Shown: positions 16,689-26,791 of the stretch, in pieces
Layout of the letters: the number at the start of each line of letters is the position of its first letter
Position numbering within the stretch: the stretch's first letter is position 1
Origin: an uncultured bacterium
GTDB taxonomy: Bacteria > Fidelibacterota > Marinisomatia > Marinisomatales > TCS56
Length of the DNA stretch: 64,000 nt
Direction: 5' to 3'
Assembly: GCA_964628055.1 (NCBI GenBank)
Contig: CAZVNL010000003.1
Coordinates: forward strand, 1,795 to 65,794
Position numbers and translations under genes: made by a program
The notes under the pieces: generated by a model
What the model was told of the DNA's origin: nothing
Seen by the model: the letters and a program-made list of their open reading frames with translations, nothing else
The model's database searches: none

Positions 16689-18701
16689 TCAGTACTTATT
16701 ATGGTATAGCATATACTTGGCCCCTTCGTACAGCGCTATAGCGTAATGCCGATAAGCCTGATAAATTCCAGGATAGTCAGCGCGCATATCAAATAACGGC
16801 GTATCGCTATTTAACCGATGGAGATTATCCCCCGATCCATCGAGAAAGACCTGTAGATAAAAATCCTGGCCCACGACCCCAAAGCTGGGAGGCGACAATT
16901 TCTTATTGATGACTAGTGCCAGGGGTTCCTGACCCTGCAGATGGAGCACATCCCGACCCATGGTCTGGGCTCGATAGGATACCCCCGTTAGGCTTAATAC
17001 CGTAGGCAACACATCGGTGAGGCTGCACACCGTACTTACCGTGCGGGGTTCGGGCAGGTACTCCGGGCCGTAGATGATGAAGGGAATATGGTAAGAGCGT
17101 AACTTTAAATCAAAATCCGCTGGCGGCATGTGGTAGGCTTTAGGGTCGGCGCGGCCATGATCGGCCACTAACACAAACACGGTCTGCTTAAAATAAGGGG
17201 CCGACCGGGCCAGGCGGAGAAATTCCCCCAAGGAGTGATCGAGTAAGCGCATGGCGTTGTATTGGTCTAAAGATTGGAACCCAGCCCGACGTAGGGAATC
17301 TTCGGGAACGGAGCGTACCTTGAACCCGGCATTATCCTCTGGGATGGAATAGGGTTTGTGATTGGTGGCCGTTTGAATGATCGCTAAAAAGGGACTCTCC
17401 AGCGGACGGGAACGAAAGAGCTCATGGGCTTCCCGGAACAGGTCCAAGTCGGAAATCCCCCATACGTCCAGGCGGGGACGATCAAAATCATCCATCTCCA
17501 GCAAGGTTAAACCGGGGAGATTGTAAGTAATCAGGTTACGGATGCTGGCCCAACTGGCGCTTCCCCCTAACAGGAAATACAATTGGTATTCCTTCAAACC
17601 CGAGAGTGGTATATATTGTTCCCGAATCAGGGGATTACGAGAGGAGGTGCGTACCTGAGCCACATCCGGGATACCCGTTAGCAGGGCAAAAACCGATCGG
17701 GCCGTTCCCACATAGGGCACGTAACATCGCTCGAAGAAAAGGCCATGATCAATGAGACGGTCTAAAGTAGGGGTCGCATTGAGGGGATTGCCCAGGGTTC
17801 TCAGGCGGTTGACCCCCACCGACTCCAGGAGGATAATGACAATATTGGGAGGCGGTTGACCACCGTTCAAGGGGGTTGGATTAACCACGCGGCGGAAGTT
17901 CAAACGCAAGGAATCCTTTTCCTCCACCCCCAACCAGTCGGCTAACAAGTCGTAATTACGACGGACGGCGACTTCATCGTAATCCTGCTTCTGGAATTGG
18001 ATGGTAGTGTAAAAATATAATACTGGATTTAAGGCCAGGGAGGACACAAAAGGATTCGTGCTGAAGGTAGTATCACTCCACAGCAACCGGTATTGGGCTA
18101 AGGTTCCCCAATAACCAATCAGTAACAACGCGGAGGTAAGTACCACGCCCGCGATTTTCTGTTTCCGGGGAATAAGCTGCGAGGATTTCAAAACGGTACC
18201 TTGCAGCAACCTGACAAACAAGCGATCCAATAAGAACACACACCCCACCAACCCTATCACAATCCAGACCAGGGGATAGGATTCCCACAACATCTGGAGC
18301 GCGATCAATGGATCCTCCAACAGGTTCAGGGCCACGATGTCAAGCCGTTGCTTCAGGTAGGCGTAGTGTCCTAAGTCAAAGGCATAAAAAACATTCAACA
18401 GCGCAACGCTTATTCCCCAGTACGCTCGGGCCAACGTCCTGATCTCAGGGCGACTGGTTACATTAACCTTGGGCAAAAGCGTCAACACGATTAACGGTAA
18501 GGTACCGAGAATCGCCAGACGGAGGTCGAAGCGTACCCCGAGCCATAGGGCGCGCCAAATCTCGGCACTCGTCGCGGACGTGGTCTCTCCAGCAAAAAAA
18601 ATAAGGAAAAGAAGACGATAAAACACATTCAACACCCCGTACAATCCCACACTTCCCAGGAGGAAGCGGAGGCGCCGGGAGCGATAAAATTTAAATGGCA
18701 C
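16689..18701 (-). CDS. LTA synthase / phosphoglycerol-transferase family protein (membrane-anchored sulfatase-fold enzyme)
   Basis: 670 aa. The N-terminal part has about 5 TM helices. The C-terminal part is an alkaline-phosphatase/sulfatase-type domain (IVIILLESVG.., ..VADHG). GTG start. Confidence 0.75.
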   Translation of the reverse strand: MPFKFYRSRRLRFLLGSVGLYGVLNVFYRLLFLIFFAGETTSATSAEIWRALWLGVRFDLRLAILGTLPLIVLTLLPKVNVTSRPEIRTLARAYWGISVALLNVFYAFDLGHYAYLKQRLDIVALNLLEDPLIALQMLWESYPLVWIVIGLVGCVFLLDRLFVRLLQGTVLKSSQLIPRKQKIAGVVLTSALLLIGYWGTLAQYRLLWSDTTFSTNPFVSSLALNPVLYFYTTIQFQKQDYDEVAVRRNYDLLADWLGVEEKDSLRLNFRRVVNPTPLNGGQPPPNIVIILLESVGVNRLRTLGNPLNATPTLDRLIDHGLFFERCYVPYVGTARSVFALLTGIPDVAQVRTSSRNPLIREQYIPLSGLKEYQLYFLLGGSASWASIRNLITYNLPGLTLLEMDDFDRPRLDVWGISDLDLFREAHELFRSRPLESPFLAIIQTATNHKPYSIPEDNAGFKVRSVPEDSLRRAGFQSLDQYNAMRLLDHSLGEFLRLARSAPYFKQTVFVLVADHGRADPKAYHMPPADFDLKLRSYHIPFIIYGPEYLPEPRTVSTVCSLTDVLPTVLSLTGVSYRAQTMGRDVLHLQGQEPLALVINKKLSPPSFGVVGQDFYLQVFLDGSGDNLHRLNSDTPLFDMRADYPGIYQAYRHYAIALYEGAKYMLYHNKY

Positions 18702-18727
18702 GTTTAGACCGCAAGAACGTCACGTGT

Positions 18728-19186
18728 TCAGCCACTAAGGTCCTGGAGTACCTCCTGGGCGTGGGCCTTTACCTTCACTTTCGGATAGGCCCTGTCAATA
18801 CGCCCCTCCTCGTCGATCACATAGGTTATACGGTGGATGCCTTCGTATTCCTGTCCCATGAATTTTTTCGGCCCCCAGGCATGGTATGCCTGCAAGGTTG
18901 CGTGACTCTCATCGCAGAGCAGGGGAAAGGGAAAGGCATACTTTTCGGCAAACTTTCTCTGCTTAGCCGGCGGGTCAGCACTCATCCCTATAATAGCGAC
19001 CCCCTGCTTTTCAAACGACTGGAATTCATCCCGGAATCCCTGGCCTTCCACAATTCAGCCCGGGGTATTGGCTTTGGGGAAAAACCAGAGGACCACTTTT
19101 TGCCCTCGATAGTCACGAAGGGTAATGTCTTCTCCGTAGGCATTCGGCAAGGTGAAAACAGGTGCTGTTGCTCCAATTTCAAGCAT
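18728..19186 (-). CDS. bcp: thiol peroxidase Bcp/PrxQ with an in-frame TGA (candidate selenocysteine) at the peroxidatic position
   Basis: ATG 19186 with GGAG 8 nt upstream. The translation reads MLEIGATAPVFTLPNAYGEDITLRDYRGQKVVLWFFPKANTPG-[TGA 19057..19055]-IVEGQGFRDEF... in a single frame. It is colinear with E. coli Bcp (..[20 protein letters not shown]..). The track shows only the 107-aa part after the TGA. Confidence 0.65.
19021..19040 (-). other. candidate SECIS-like stem-loop downstream of the in-frame UGA
   Basis: In the RNA, GGGAUUC-CGGGAU-GAAUUCC forms a 7-bp stem (one G-U) with a G-rich 6-nt loop. The loop begins 21 nt after the UGA. The fold was drawn by hand only. Confidence 0.3.
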
Positions 19187-19567
19187 AGTATCTCCTTTTC
19201 AAAAGATTATTTCACATGGGAGTAAATTACAAAATAATGACCCCTCAAACGATGGTTTGGAAGGAAATCTAACCCTCCCTGGAACAGAAATTGGGCCTAT
19301 CAAAATCAGGGTGCTGTTTCCATCCTACCCAGCCACATTAAGGATAGTAAAAGTGGTGAACTTCCTAATTTCAATAATAGATACAAGATAACCCAACATA
19401 CTATAAGAAAAACCGTTAATATGTCCTTGTAAATATTTATGAACACCTCGATTAGCCATCATGTATCGTGCTATTATCGAAGTCTTAAGGGTGTCATTAG
19501 GAAGTTTCCCTCGCAATCCGTTGATTTTACAGTGAGTTTTCCAAGTTGGGAAAATTTATCAACAGAC

Positions 19568-20035
19568 TCAACGGTCGAATGTTATAATGGACCTGCGCAG
19601 CCGATCATCGGCTGACAAAATCATTTCATTTACCGTGCGTAAGGCTCGTTTCTGATCCTTCCAGGTCAGGAGTTCTAACGCCTGTTCCAGGGCTAGCCAA
19701 CGAAATTCACTATGCTCGTTAGACAAATTGACTTCACTGGAGACCACTTCTATTCCGAAAACTGGCACCAGATTAATACCATCGGTATGTGAATCGTAGA
19801 AGTGATTAACATGATCGGCTACGAAGATGCTTTGGGGAGCCAACCCGGTTTCTTCCTGCAATTCTCGCAGGGCGGTTTCCCACGCCTTTTCCCTGGCTTG
19901 TATATGACCCGCCACCCCCTGCCACAAGCCCCCGTAGTGGCTGGAGGAACTCCGCTTCAAAAGCAGAAAACGAAGACTATTTTCGGTTCTACGAAATACA
20001 AAAGCTTCTACCAGTGAAACAACCGTCCGTGTCAT
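19568..20035 (-). CDS. NUDIX hydrolase
   Basis: 155 aa with an intact Nudix box, GHIQAREKAWETALRELQEETGL (GX5EX7REUXEEXGU). Confidence 0.85.
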   Translation of the reverse strand: MTRTVVSLVEAFVFRRTENSLRFLLLKRSSSSHYGGLWQGVAGHIQAREKAWETALRELQEETGLAPQSIFVADHVNHFYDSHTDGINLVPVFGIEVVSSEVNLSNEHSEFRWLALEQALELLTWKDQKRALRTVNEMILSADDRLRRSIITFDR

Positions 20036-20038
20036 AAC

Positions 20039-21187
<1,149 letters not shown>

Positions 21188-22543
21188 TTAAAACAGGACC
21201 TGGATCGCTTCCCGGACGGTTTTTACCGGTGTAAGCGTGAGACCACGCGGTTTGGGTTTTATCTTCTCAATATTCAACCGAGGAGCCACGATCCGCTTAA
21301 AACCTAACGCCTGGGCCTCTTGCACCCGTTCCCGCAAGCGTCCCACCGAACGCACCTCCCCGGCGAGACCAACTTCACCGATGAGCACCACTTCGGGAGG
21401 TAGGGGTTTATCCCGGGCGCTGGACACCAGGGCACAGATCACCGCCAGATCCACCGCCGGATCGTTGATGTGTAAACCTCCCACTAAATTCACGAAAACA
21501 TCTCGGGTCCCCATGGGCAGGCCCAGCCGTTTTTCCAGCACTGCTAAGAGCATGGCCAGACGATGGTAGTCGATTCCGTTCACATTTCGCTGGGGAGTGC
21601 CGAAATTGGCGTTGGACACCAAGGCCTGCACCTCCACCAAGATGGGACGAGTCCCTTCCAACGATGCGAAAATGGCTGTCCCTGCTGCAGTTTCCATACG
21701 TTCGGCTAAAAACAGCTCCGAAGGGTTCTTGATCTCCTGCAATCCTTCTGGTTCCATGCGGAAAATCCCCACTTCATTGGTGGGACCAAAGCGATTCTTA
21801 GTAGCCCGCAATATCCTATGATCGTACTGGTCTTCCCCCTCCAAATAGAGCACCGTGTCCACCATGTGCTCCAACATTTTCGGTCCAGCGATAACCCCCT
21901 CCTTGGTTACGTGCCCAATCACTAACACAGCAATGTCACGTTGCTTGCTCAGCTGCAAGAATTGTTGACCAGTCTCTCGAATTTGGCTCACTGATCCCGG
22001 TAAGGCATCAATTTCATCGGAAAATACCGTCTGGATGGAATCGATAATTACTAAACTAGGTTTCACTAGGGAAATCTGGTCTAGGATAGTGCCGACGGAA
22101 TTTTCTCCGGAAAGGTGCAAAGCAGGGGTCTCGACCTTTAAACGGCGGGCCCGCATGGCCACCTGATCTTCGCTCTCTTCCGCTGAAACGTAAAGGGTGG
22201 CCTGCCCAATCCCAGGCACCATTTGCAGGGCCAGGGTGGATTTCCCCACACCCGGATTGCCCCCTAACAGGATCATAGACCCTGGCAGGATGCCCCCTCC
22301 TAAAACCCGGTCTACTTCACTCATCCCGGTTGACAAGCGCGTGTGGGGCGGACGTTGGAGGATCTCCTGCAGGCCGGTAGCTGGTTGAGACTTGGCAGGT
22401 CGCCGGGCGCTGGTTCTACGGGGAGGGTTGAATTCATTCAACGTACCCCATTCACGGCAGGCCGGGCACTGCCCGAACCATTTGGGGAAATCCTCGCCAC
22501 ACGTGGAACAGAGAAAAACCGTCTTACCCTTTGCTTTCACCAT
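21188..22543 (-). CDS. radA: DNA repair protein RadA/Sms
   Basis: 451 aa. N-terminal zinc finger (CSTCGEDFPKWFGQCPAC), Walker A GGNPGVGKST, the KNRFG motif and a C-terminal Lon-like domain. Confidence 0.9.
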   Translation of the reverse strand: MVKAKGKTVFLCSTCGEDFPKWFGQCPACREWGTLNEFNPPRRTSARRPAKSQPATGLQEILQRPPHTRLSTGMSEVDRVLGGGILPGSMILLGGNPGVGKSTLALQMVPGIGQATLYVSAEESEDQVAMRARRLKVETPALHLSGENSVGTILDQISLVKPSLVIIDSIQTVFSDEIDALPGSVSQIRETGQQFLQLSKQRDIAVLVIGHVTKEGVIAGPKMLEHMVDTVLYLEGEDQYDHRILRATKNRFGPTNEVGIFRMEPEGLQEIKNPSELFLAERMETAAGTAIFASLEGTRPILVEVQALVSNANFGTPQRNVNGIDYHRLAMLLAVLEKRLGLPMGTRDVFVNLVGGLHINDPAVDLAVICALVSSARDKPLPPEVVLIGEVGLAGEVRSVGRLRERVQEAQALGFKRIVAPRLNIEKIKPKPRGLTLTPVKTVREAIQVLF

Positions 22544-22662
22544 AAGTACGTGAAAATTGGATACATTCCAGAGGGAATGTCAAGGGAATAGAAGGAAAAT
22601 ATTCAGCCAGCTATTAGTTAGCGACCCGGTAAACTAGCGCTAAAAATTGAAAGGCCACTCAG

Positions 22663-25600
22663 TTAAAAATCAGGACCTAAGGAGAAATAGTACTGGGGTT
22701 TGGAGTACCCGTCAGGTTCCACATCCCAGGCGGCGTCGATACGCAAGAGGGCAAAGCCCATATTGAACTTAATACCGAGGCCGATGCCTTTTATCACCGG
22801 ACTGAAACGAGCGGGTAAGTTAGCGTCGCTATATTTCTCTTTTAGGAGGGCCCGGTCGCGGAATTCAGCCCCCCGATCCCAGGCAGCCCCAATATCAAAA
22901 AAAGCGTGTCCCTGGATATTCCCGATCACCCCCCTTGGGAATCCGGTGGCGAGGTAGCGGATAAAGGGGAACCGAAACTCAAAATTGGCCAGGGCAACGT
23001 TTTTCCCAAAGCGATCCATATACCGGTAGCCCCGGACGGGCAGGGCATATTCGGAGAAATAAATGTCTTTCAGCATCGATTCCCGGGAGGTGTCCAGGAT
23101 AACCTCTCGGAAGCGACCTTGATCGGGTTTGCCGTCAGTTTCCCCGTAACCGAGAATCCAGTTGGGAAGACCCCCCAAGAGAAATTTTTGGGCATCCGAA
23201 CCGCCGCTGTGCCCTAACATGAGGCGTGTGGCAAAACTGTAGCTCCTTCCAATCCGGAAATAACGCCGCAGATCAATTTTAATAGTCTGGAATTGCATGT
23301 CTGTTTTGCCCCACCCGGGACTCACCGTAAAGGTAGTATTCTCCCGAAAACCGTCTATAGGTCCCGTGGCGTCAAAAATGGAATTATCATAGACCCAGCT
23401 AATGGAAGGAATGAGTACCGAGAACCCCTGACGGTATTCCTTTTGCTCGATCACTTCGCCAAAAATTGTCTGCGTGAAAATGCGGTAATCGATAGTGTGG
23501 TATGCAGCGCCGCCTTCCAAGCGGTTAAAGCGATTGAAAGGTCGTGAGAGAAAGGTCATGAGACTATAATGTCGCAAGCGGCCAATGGTGCTCCCGGCAC
23601 CGAAAAAATCCGCCACATGGAAAAAAGTAAAAAAGAGATCCGTCCGCTGTTTCAAATAGGCGTAACTGAAAAAATAATCACTATTCTCCAGGGTCAGAAC
23701 CAATTCGGTACCGAAAAAGATCTGGTTATCCCCCAAAATATCGCTAAAAGCAAACATGGTCATTCCAGAAGCACCAAAAACGTTATTATAGGAAGCATAC
23801 CCATTAATGAAGTCGAGGGTGAACCGGGTAATATAGGGTCGAGGAATAAATTCTCCGCTTTCGGTTCGGCTGCTCTCCGGGGGAATGGTTTCTTGAACCG
23901 GGGCGCTATCCGCTAAGGGTTCGTTCATGTGGGTGTATTCTGGCGCAAAAATCCAGCCGGAATAGTCCGCGATGCCTTCCTCTTCAGGTACCTTCACACC
24001 GCGTTTATTCCGTCGCAGGTCGGTTACGTATTCTCCCGTCTTGTCTTTATTTTGCACATAATTCGTAACCGGGACCTCCTTCGGTGTTAATCCCAGGGGA
24101 TTGTTAATTGTGTAGATGTCCCATCCTACGTCGGAATAGCCAGAAAACGCCAGGAGATTATCATCTGCCGATAGACTCGGTTGAAAAATGCCTGTAAGCA
24201 CGTTGGTTAGGGCGGTGGTCATCTGAGAATTGAAGTCGTACACGTACAAGTTCCACACGCCATTGCGGTCGGCAGTGTATAAAAGCTTATTAACGGTATG
24301 CGCCCAGGTGGGATAGTTCTCGTCATAATCGGTGACGGTGATCCGCTGGAGTGTTCCCGTGGCCAGGTCTACCACGTAAATATCCTTATTGGAATAGTCG
24401 TATTCTGCCATATCAAAAGTCGAATCGACGCCAACCCCTGGCTGGAGGTGATTACGGCGATCAGAGACAAAAGCGATCTTCGTCCCGTCAGGGCTCCAGG
24501 CCGGTTCAGAATCACTGAAAATATCCCTGGTCAGGTTGGTCAATTGCTTGGTTTGTAGATCGTAAACATAAATATCGCTGGCATTGTCCGTGTTACCCAC
24601 AAAGGCAATTTTGTTCCCATCCGGGCTCCAGGCTGCCGTGAACAAGCCATCCAGATCAAAAGACTGTTTCCGTTTTTTCTTGGTATTGATGTCGATGAGA
24701 TAGAGGGCATCGCGACGGCCGGATTTCGCGGCAATGACTACCCGGCGATTATCCGGCGCCCAGGAAATCCCCGGCTGAAGCCACTTAAGCTCCTCAAAGT
24801 CGATGGAACGGTTCCCTTTGACTAAACGCTTGATATCCTTACCATCGATAGCATTGATTAAATAAATATCCGCATATCCCGAGCGATCAGTAAGCACCGC
24901 GATTTTACTCCCATCCGGGGATATGGTTGGCGATATATTGAAATAATTCTGCAACTCCTTATGATCCGTCAACCGCTTGGCGATGTCTTCGATCTCATCC
25001 CGCCCGGCTACATCAGGCCAGTAATCTTTTTTAAGATACTTGTGCCACTGCTTGGTCAAATCTTCATAATCCATGCCCAGTGCTCTTTCAAACCCCTTTT
25101 CCGCCCGTTGGAGCTTCTTCATGTCGCTGAAAATTTCACCGATCTTCTCCCGCCCATACTTCTCCGCAATAAACCTCCACACCGATTGCCCCCCCTTATA
25201 GGCCAGGTAGTAATCCAATTCCTCAATGGTGGGGATTTGTTCATGGATAGACAGGTCCCGCATGATCATATCCGCCTGCGTGTCCCAATTGGTAGATAGA
25301 TATTCCGCCAATCCTTCGTTGGCCCATAAGGGAATGCGCAGCTTGACCCTTCCAGAGATGATACTTTGAATGGTGCCTCCATAGACCATATCGTTGATGA
25401 CAGCATGCACTAATTCGTGGTGAATCACATGGCGGAATTGGGAGTAATTCCCTTCGAAGGGGATGACGACACGGTTTTTAAATAACTCCGTTACGCCCCC
25501 GATTCCTTCCACCATATACTCCCAGGTCACATTGGTCTGCTGAAAATCGTTGTGGGAATGGTACACGATAATAGAGACGCGCTTGTTGAGGGTCCACCGG

Positions 25601-25854
25601 AGGTGTTTGGAAACCTGTTCGTAGGTCTCTTCCGCTACGGTGGCCGTGAACTTTGCCAGATCGAGCTTGTCTGAATAATAGTAAATGTCAAAATGGGGGG
25701 TGGAGATGTACGACCAGTCAAAATCCCGGTATTGGACTTTGTTTTGACCAAAACTTTGCCCTAAAACGATCCCTGTGAATATCCAGAGATAGACGATAAA
25801 GATATTCCTCACGCCCGCTAAACGTCCTGTTTGTATTCCTGTTCCACTAAACAT
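22663..25854 (-). CDS. outer-membrane-anchored gluzincin metalloprotease with PD40 (TolB-like) propeller repeats and a C-terminal Omp85-type barrel
   Basis: HExxH (HHELVHAV) with WANEGLAEY about 30 aa downstream. At least 5 PD40-like repeats (SPDGSKIAV.., WSPDGNKIAF.., WSPDGTKIAF..). The C-terminal 430 aa or so end ..GLGIKFNMGFALLRIDAAWDV..YYFSLGPDF. The start is uncertain: ATG 25854 is preferred and TTG 25899 is possible. Confidence 0.65.
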   Translation of the reverse strand: MFSGTGIQTGRLAGVRNIFIVYLWIFTGIVLGQSFGQNKVQYRDFDWSYISTPHFDIYYYSDKLDLAKFTATVAEETYEQVSKHLRWTLNKRVSIIVYHSHNDFQQTNVTWEYMVEGIGGVTELFKNRVVIPFEGNYSQFRHVIHHELVHAVINDMVYGGTIQSIISGRVKLRIPLWANEGLAEYLSTNWDTQADMIMRDLSIHEQIPTIEELDYYLAYKGGQSVWRFIAEKYGREKIGEIFSDMKKLQRAEKGFERALGMDYEDLTKQWHKYLKKDYWPDVAGRDEIEDIAKRLTDHKELQNYFNISPTISPDGSKIAVLTDRSGYADIYLINAIDGKDIKRLVKGNRSIDFEELKWLQPGISWAPDNRRVVIAAKSGRRDALYLIDINTKKKRKQSFDLDGLFTAAWSPDGNKIAFVGNTDNASDIYVYDLQTKQLTNLTRDIFSDSEPAWSPDGTKIAFVSDRRNHLQPGVGVDSTFDMAEYDYSNKDIYVVDLATGTLQRITVTDYDENYPTWAHTVNKLLYTADRNGVWNLYVYDFNSQMTTALTNVLTGIFQPSLSADDNLLAFSGYSDVGWDIYTINNPLGLTPKEVPVTNYVQNKDKTGEYVTDLRRNKRGVKVPEEEGIADYSGWIFAPEYTHMNEPLADSAPVQETIPPESSRTESGEFIPRPYITRFTLDFINGYASYNNVFGASGMTMFAFSDILGDNQIFFGTELVLTLENSDYFFSYAYLKQRTDLFFTFFHVADFFGAGSTIGRLRHYSLMTFLSRPFNRFNRLEGGAAYHTIDYRIFTQTIFGEVIEQKEYRQGFSVLIPSISWVYDNSIFDATGPIDGFRENTTFTVSPGWGKTDMQFQTIKIDLRRYFRIGRSYSFATRLMLGHSGGSDAQKFLLGGLPNWILGYGETDGKPDQGRFREVILDTSRESMLKDIYFSEYALPVRGYRYMDRFGKNVALANFEFRFPFIRYLATGFPRGVIGNIQGHAFFDIGAAWDRGAEFRDRALLKEKYSDANLPARFSPVIKGIGLGIKFNMGFALLRIDAAWDVEPDGYSKPQYYFSLGPDF

Positions 25855-26050
25855 GGTTCCAATATTCGGAAAAATACAGATGAATCCTCCATGTTGCAAT
25901 ACTTCAGTGCAATTTTTATGTCACTAACGCGACAAAATCTCCAGCACCCAAATTTCCACCCTGGGTCCCCACTAACCAACAGCTCACAATGGGCTGACAC
26001 CTGACAATTCCTTTGCCTCATCACTTTCGTAACGGTAAGTTCATCCGCTT

Positions 26051-26791
26051 ATGGAGTTGCCAGTCTATTTTATTTCCGATTTGCATCTCATGCTCACCCC
26101 ATCTGAACGGGAAGCTCGAAAGTTGCGAAAACTGTCCCGCTTCTTCCAGGAGGTGCAGAACACGGGGGGAACCCTCTTCTTAGTGGGAGATATTTTCGAC
26201 TTCTATTTTGAGTATTATGACACCATTCCCAAAACATATTTCCGTATCTTTAATTGGCTGTACACTTTAAAGAACAACGGTATAGAAATCCATTACGTAT
26301 TGGGGAATCACGATTACTGGGTAAAGGAATTTGTCACGGAGACAATAACCACCAAAACTTACTTCGACGACACCCAATTTGAATTGGTTGGTAAACAGTT
26401 TTACCTGACGCATGGGGATGGTGTTCTTTCCTGGGATCGAGGTTATCGGCTTTTAAAGTACATTATCCGCAGTCGGTGGTGTATCTGGGGATTTCGCTGG
26501 CTACACCCGCGGTTAGGATATCGTTTTGCCCGTTGGATCTCGGACCGAGGCCATCATTACACCCACACCGAAGAGTATAACCAGATGGTTTTCCAGGAAC
26601 TAAAAACGTTTGCCGAACGCCTCACCGCCCAGGGGAGTGATTACGTCATCAGCGGACATTATCACCAAGCCAATATGGCCGCAGTCAACGGGGGAACGTT
26701 GCTGGTACTTGGAGACTGGATAAATTATTTCTCTTATGGTTATTTTGACGGGGATGAACTCCAACTAAAATTCTGGGAAAGGGATGAATAA
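26051..26791 (+). CDS. lpxH: UDP-2,3-diacylglucosamine diphosphatase
   Basis: 246 aa calcineurin-like metallophosphoesterase. Motifs ISDLHL, GDIFDF, GNHD and THGDG in the LpxH order. Confidence 0.75.
   Translation: MELPVYFISDLHLMLTPSEREARKLRKLSRFFQEVQNTGGTLFLVGDIFDFYFEYYDTIPKTYFRIFNWLYTLKNNGIEIHYVLGNHDYWVKEFVTETITTKTYFDDTQFELVGKQFYLTHGDGVLSWDRGYRLLKYIIRSRWCIWGFRWLHPRLGYRFARWISDRGHHYTHTEEYNQMVFQELKTFAERLTAQGSDYVISGHYHQANMAAVNGGTLLVLGDWINYFSYGYFDGDELQLKFWERDE

Noticed and set aside
18988-19182. 64-aa ORF in the track (MKLEQQHLFS...) overlapping the start of bcp
   Set aside because: It is in a different frame from the Bcp-homologous reading and has no recognisable motifs. The Bcp frame (ATG 19186, RBS GGAG) explains this DNA.
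26002-26016. TGACAA-TTCCT-TTGC upstream of lpxH as a sigma-54 promoter
   Set aside because: The invariant GG of the -24 element is GA.
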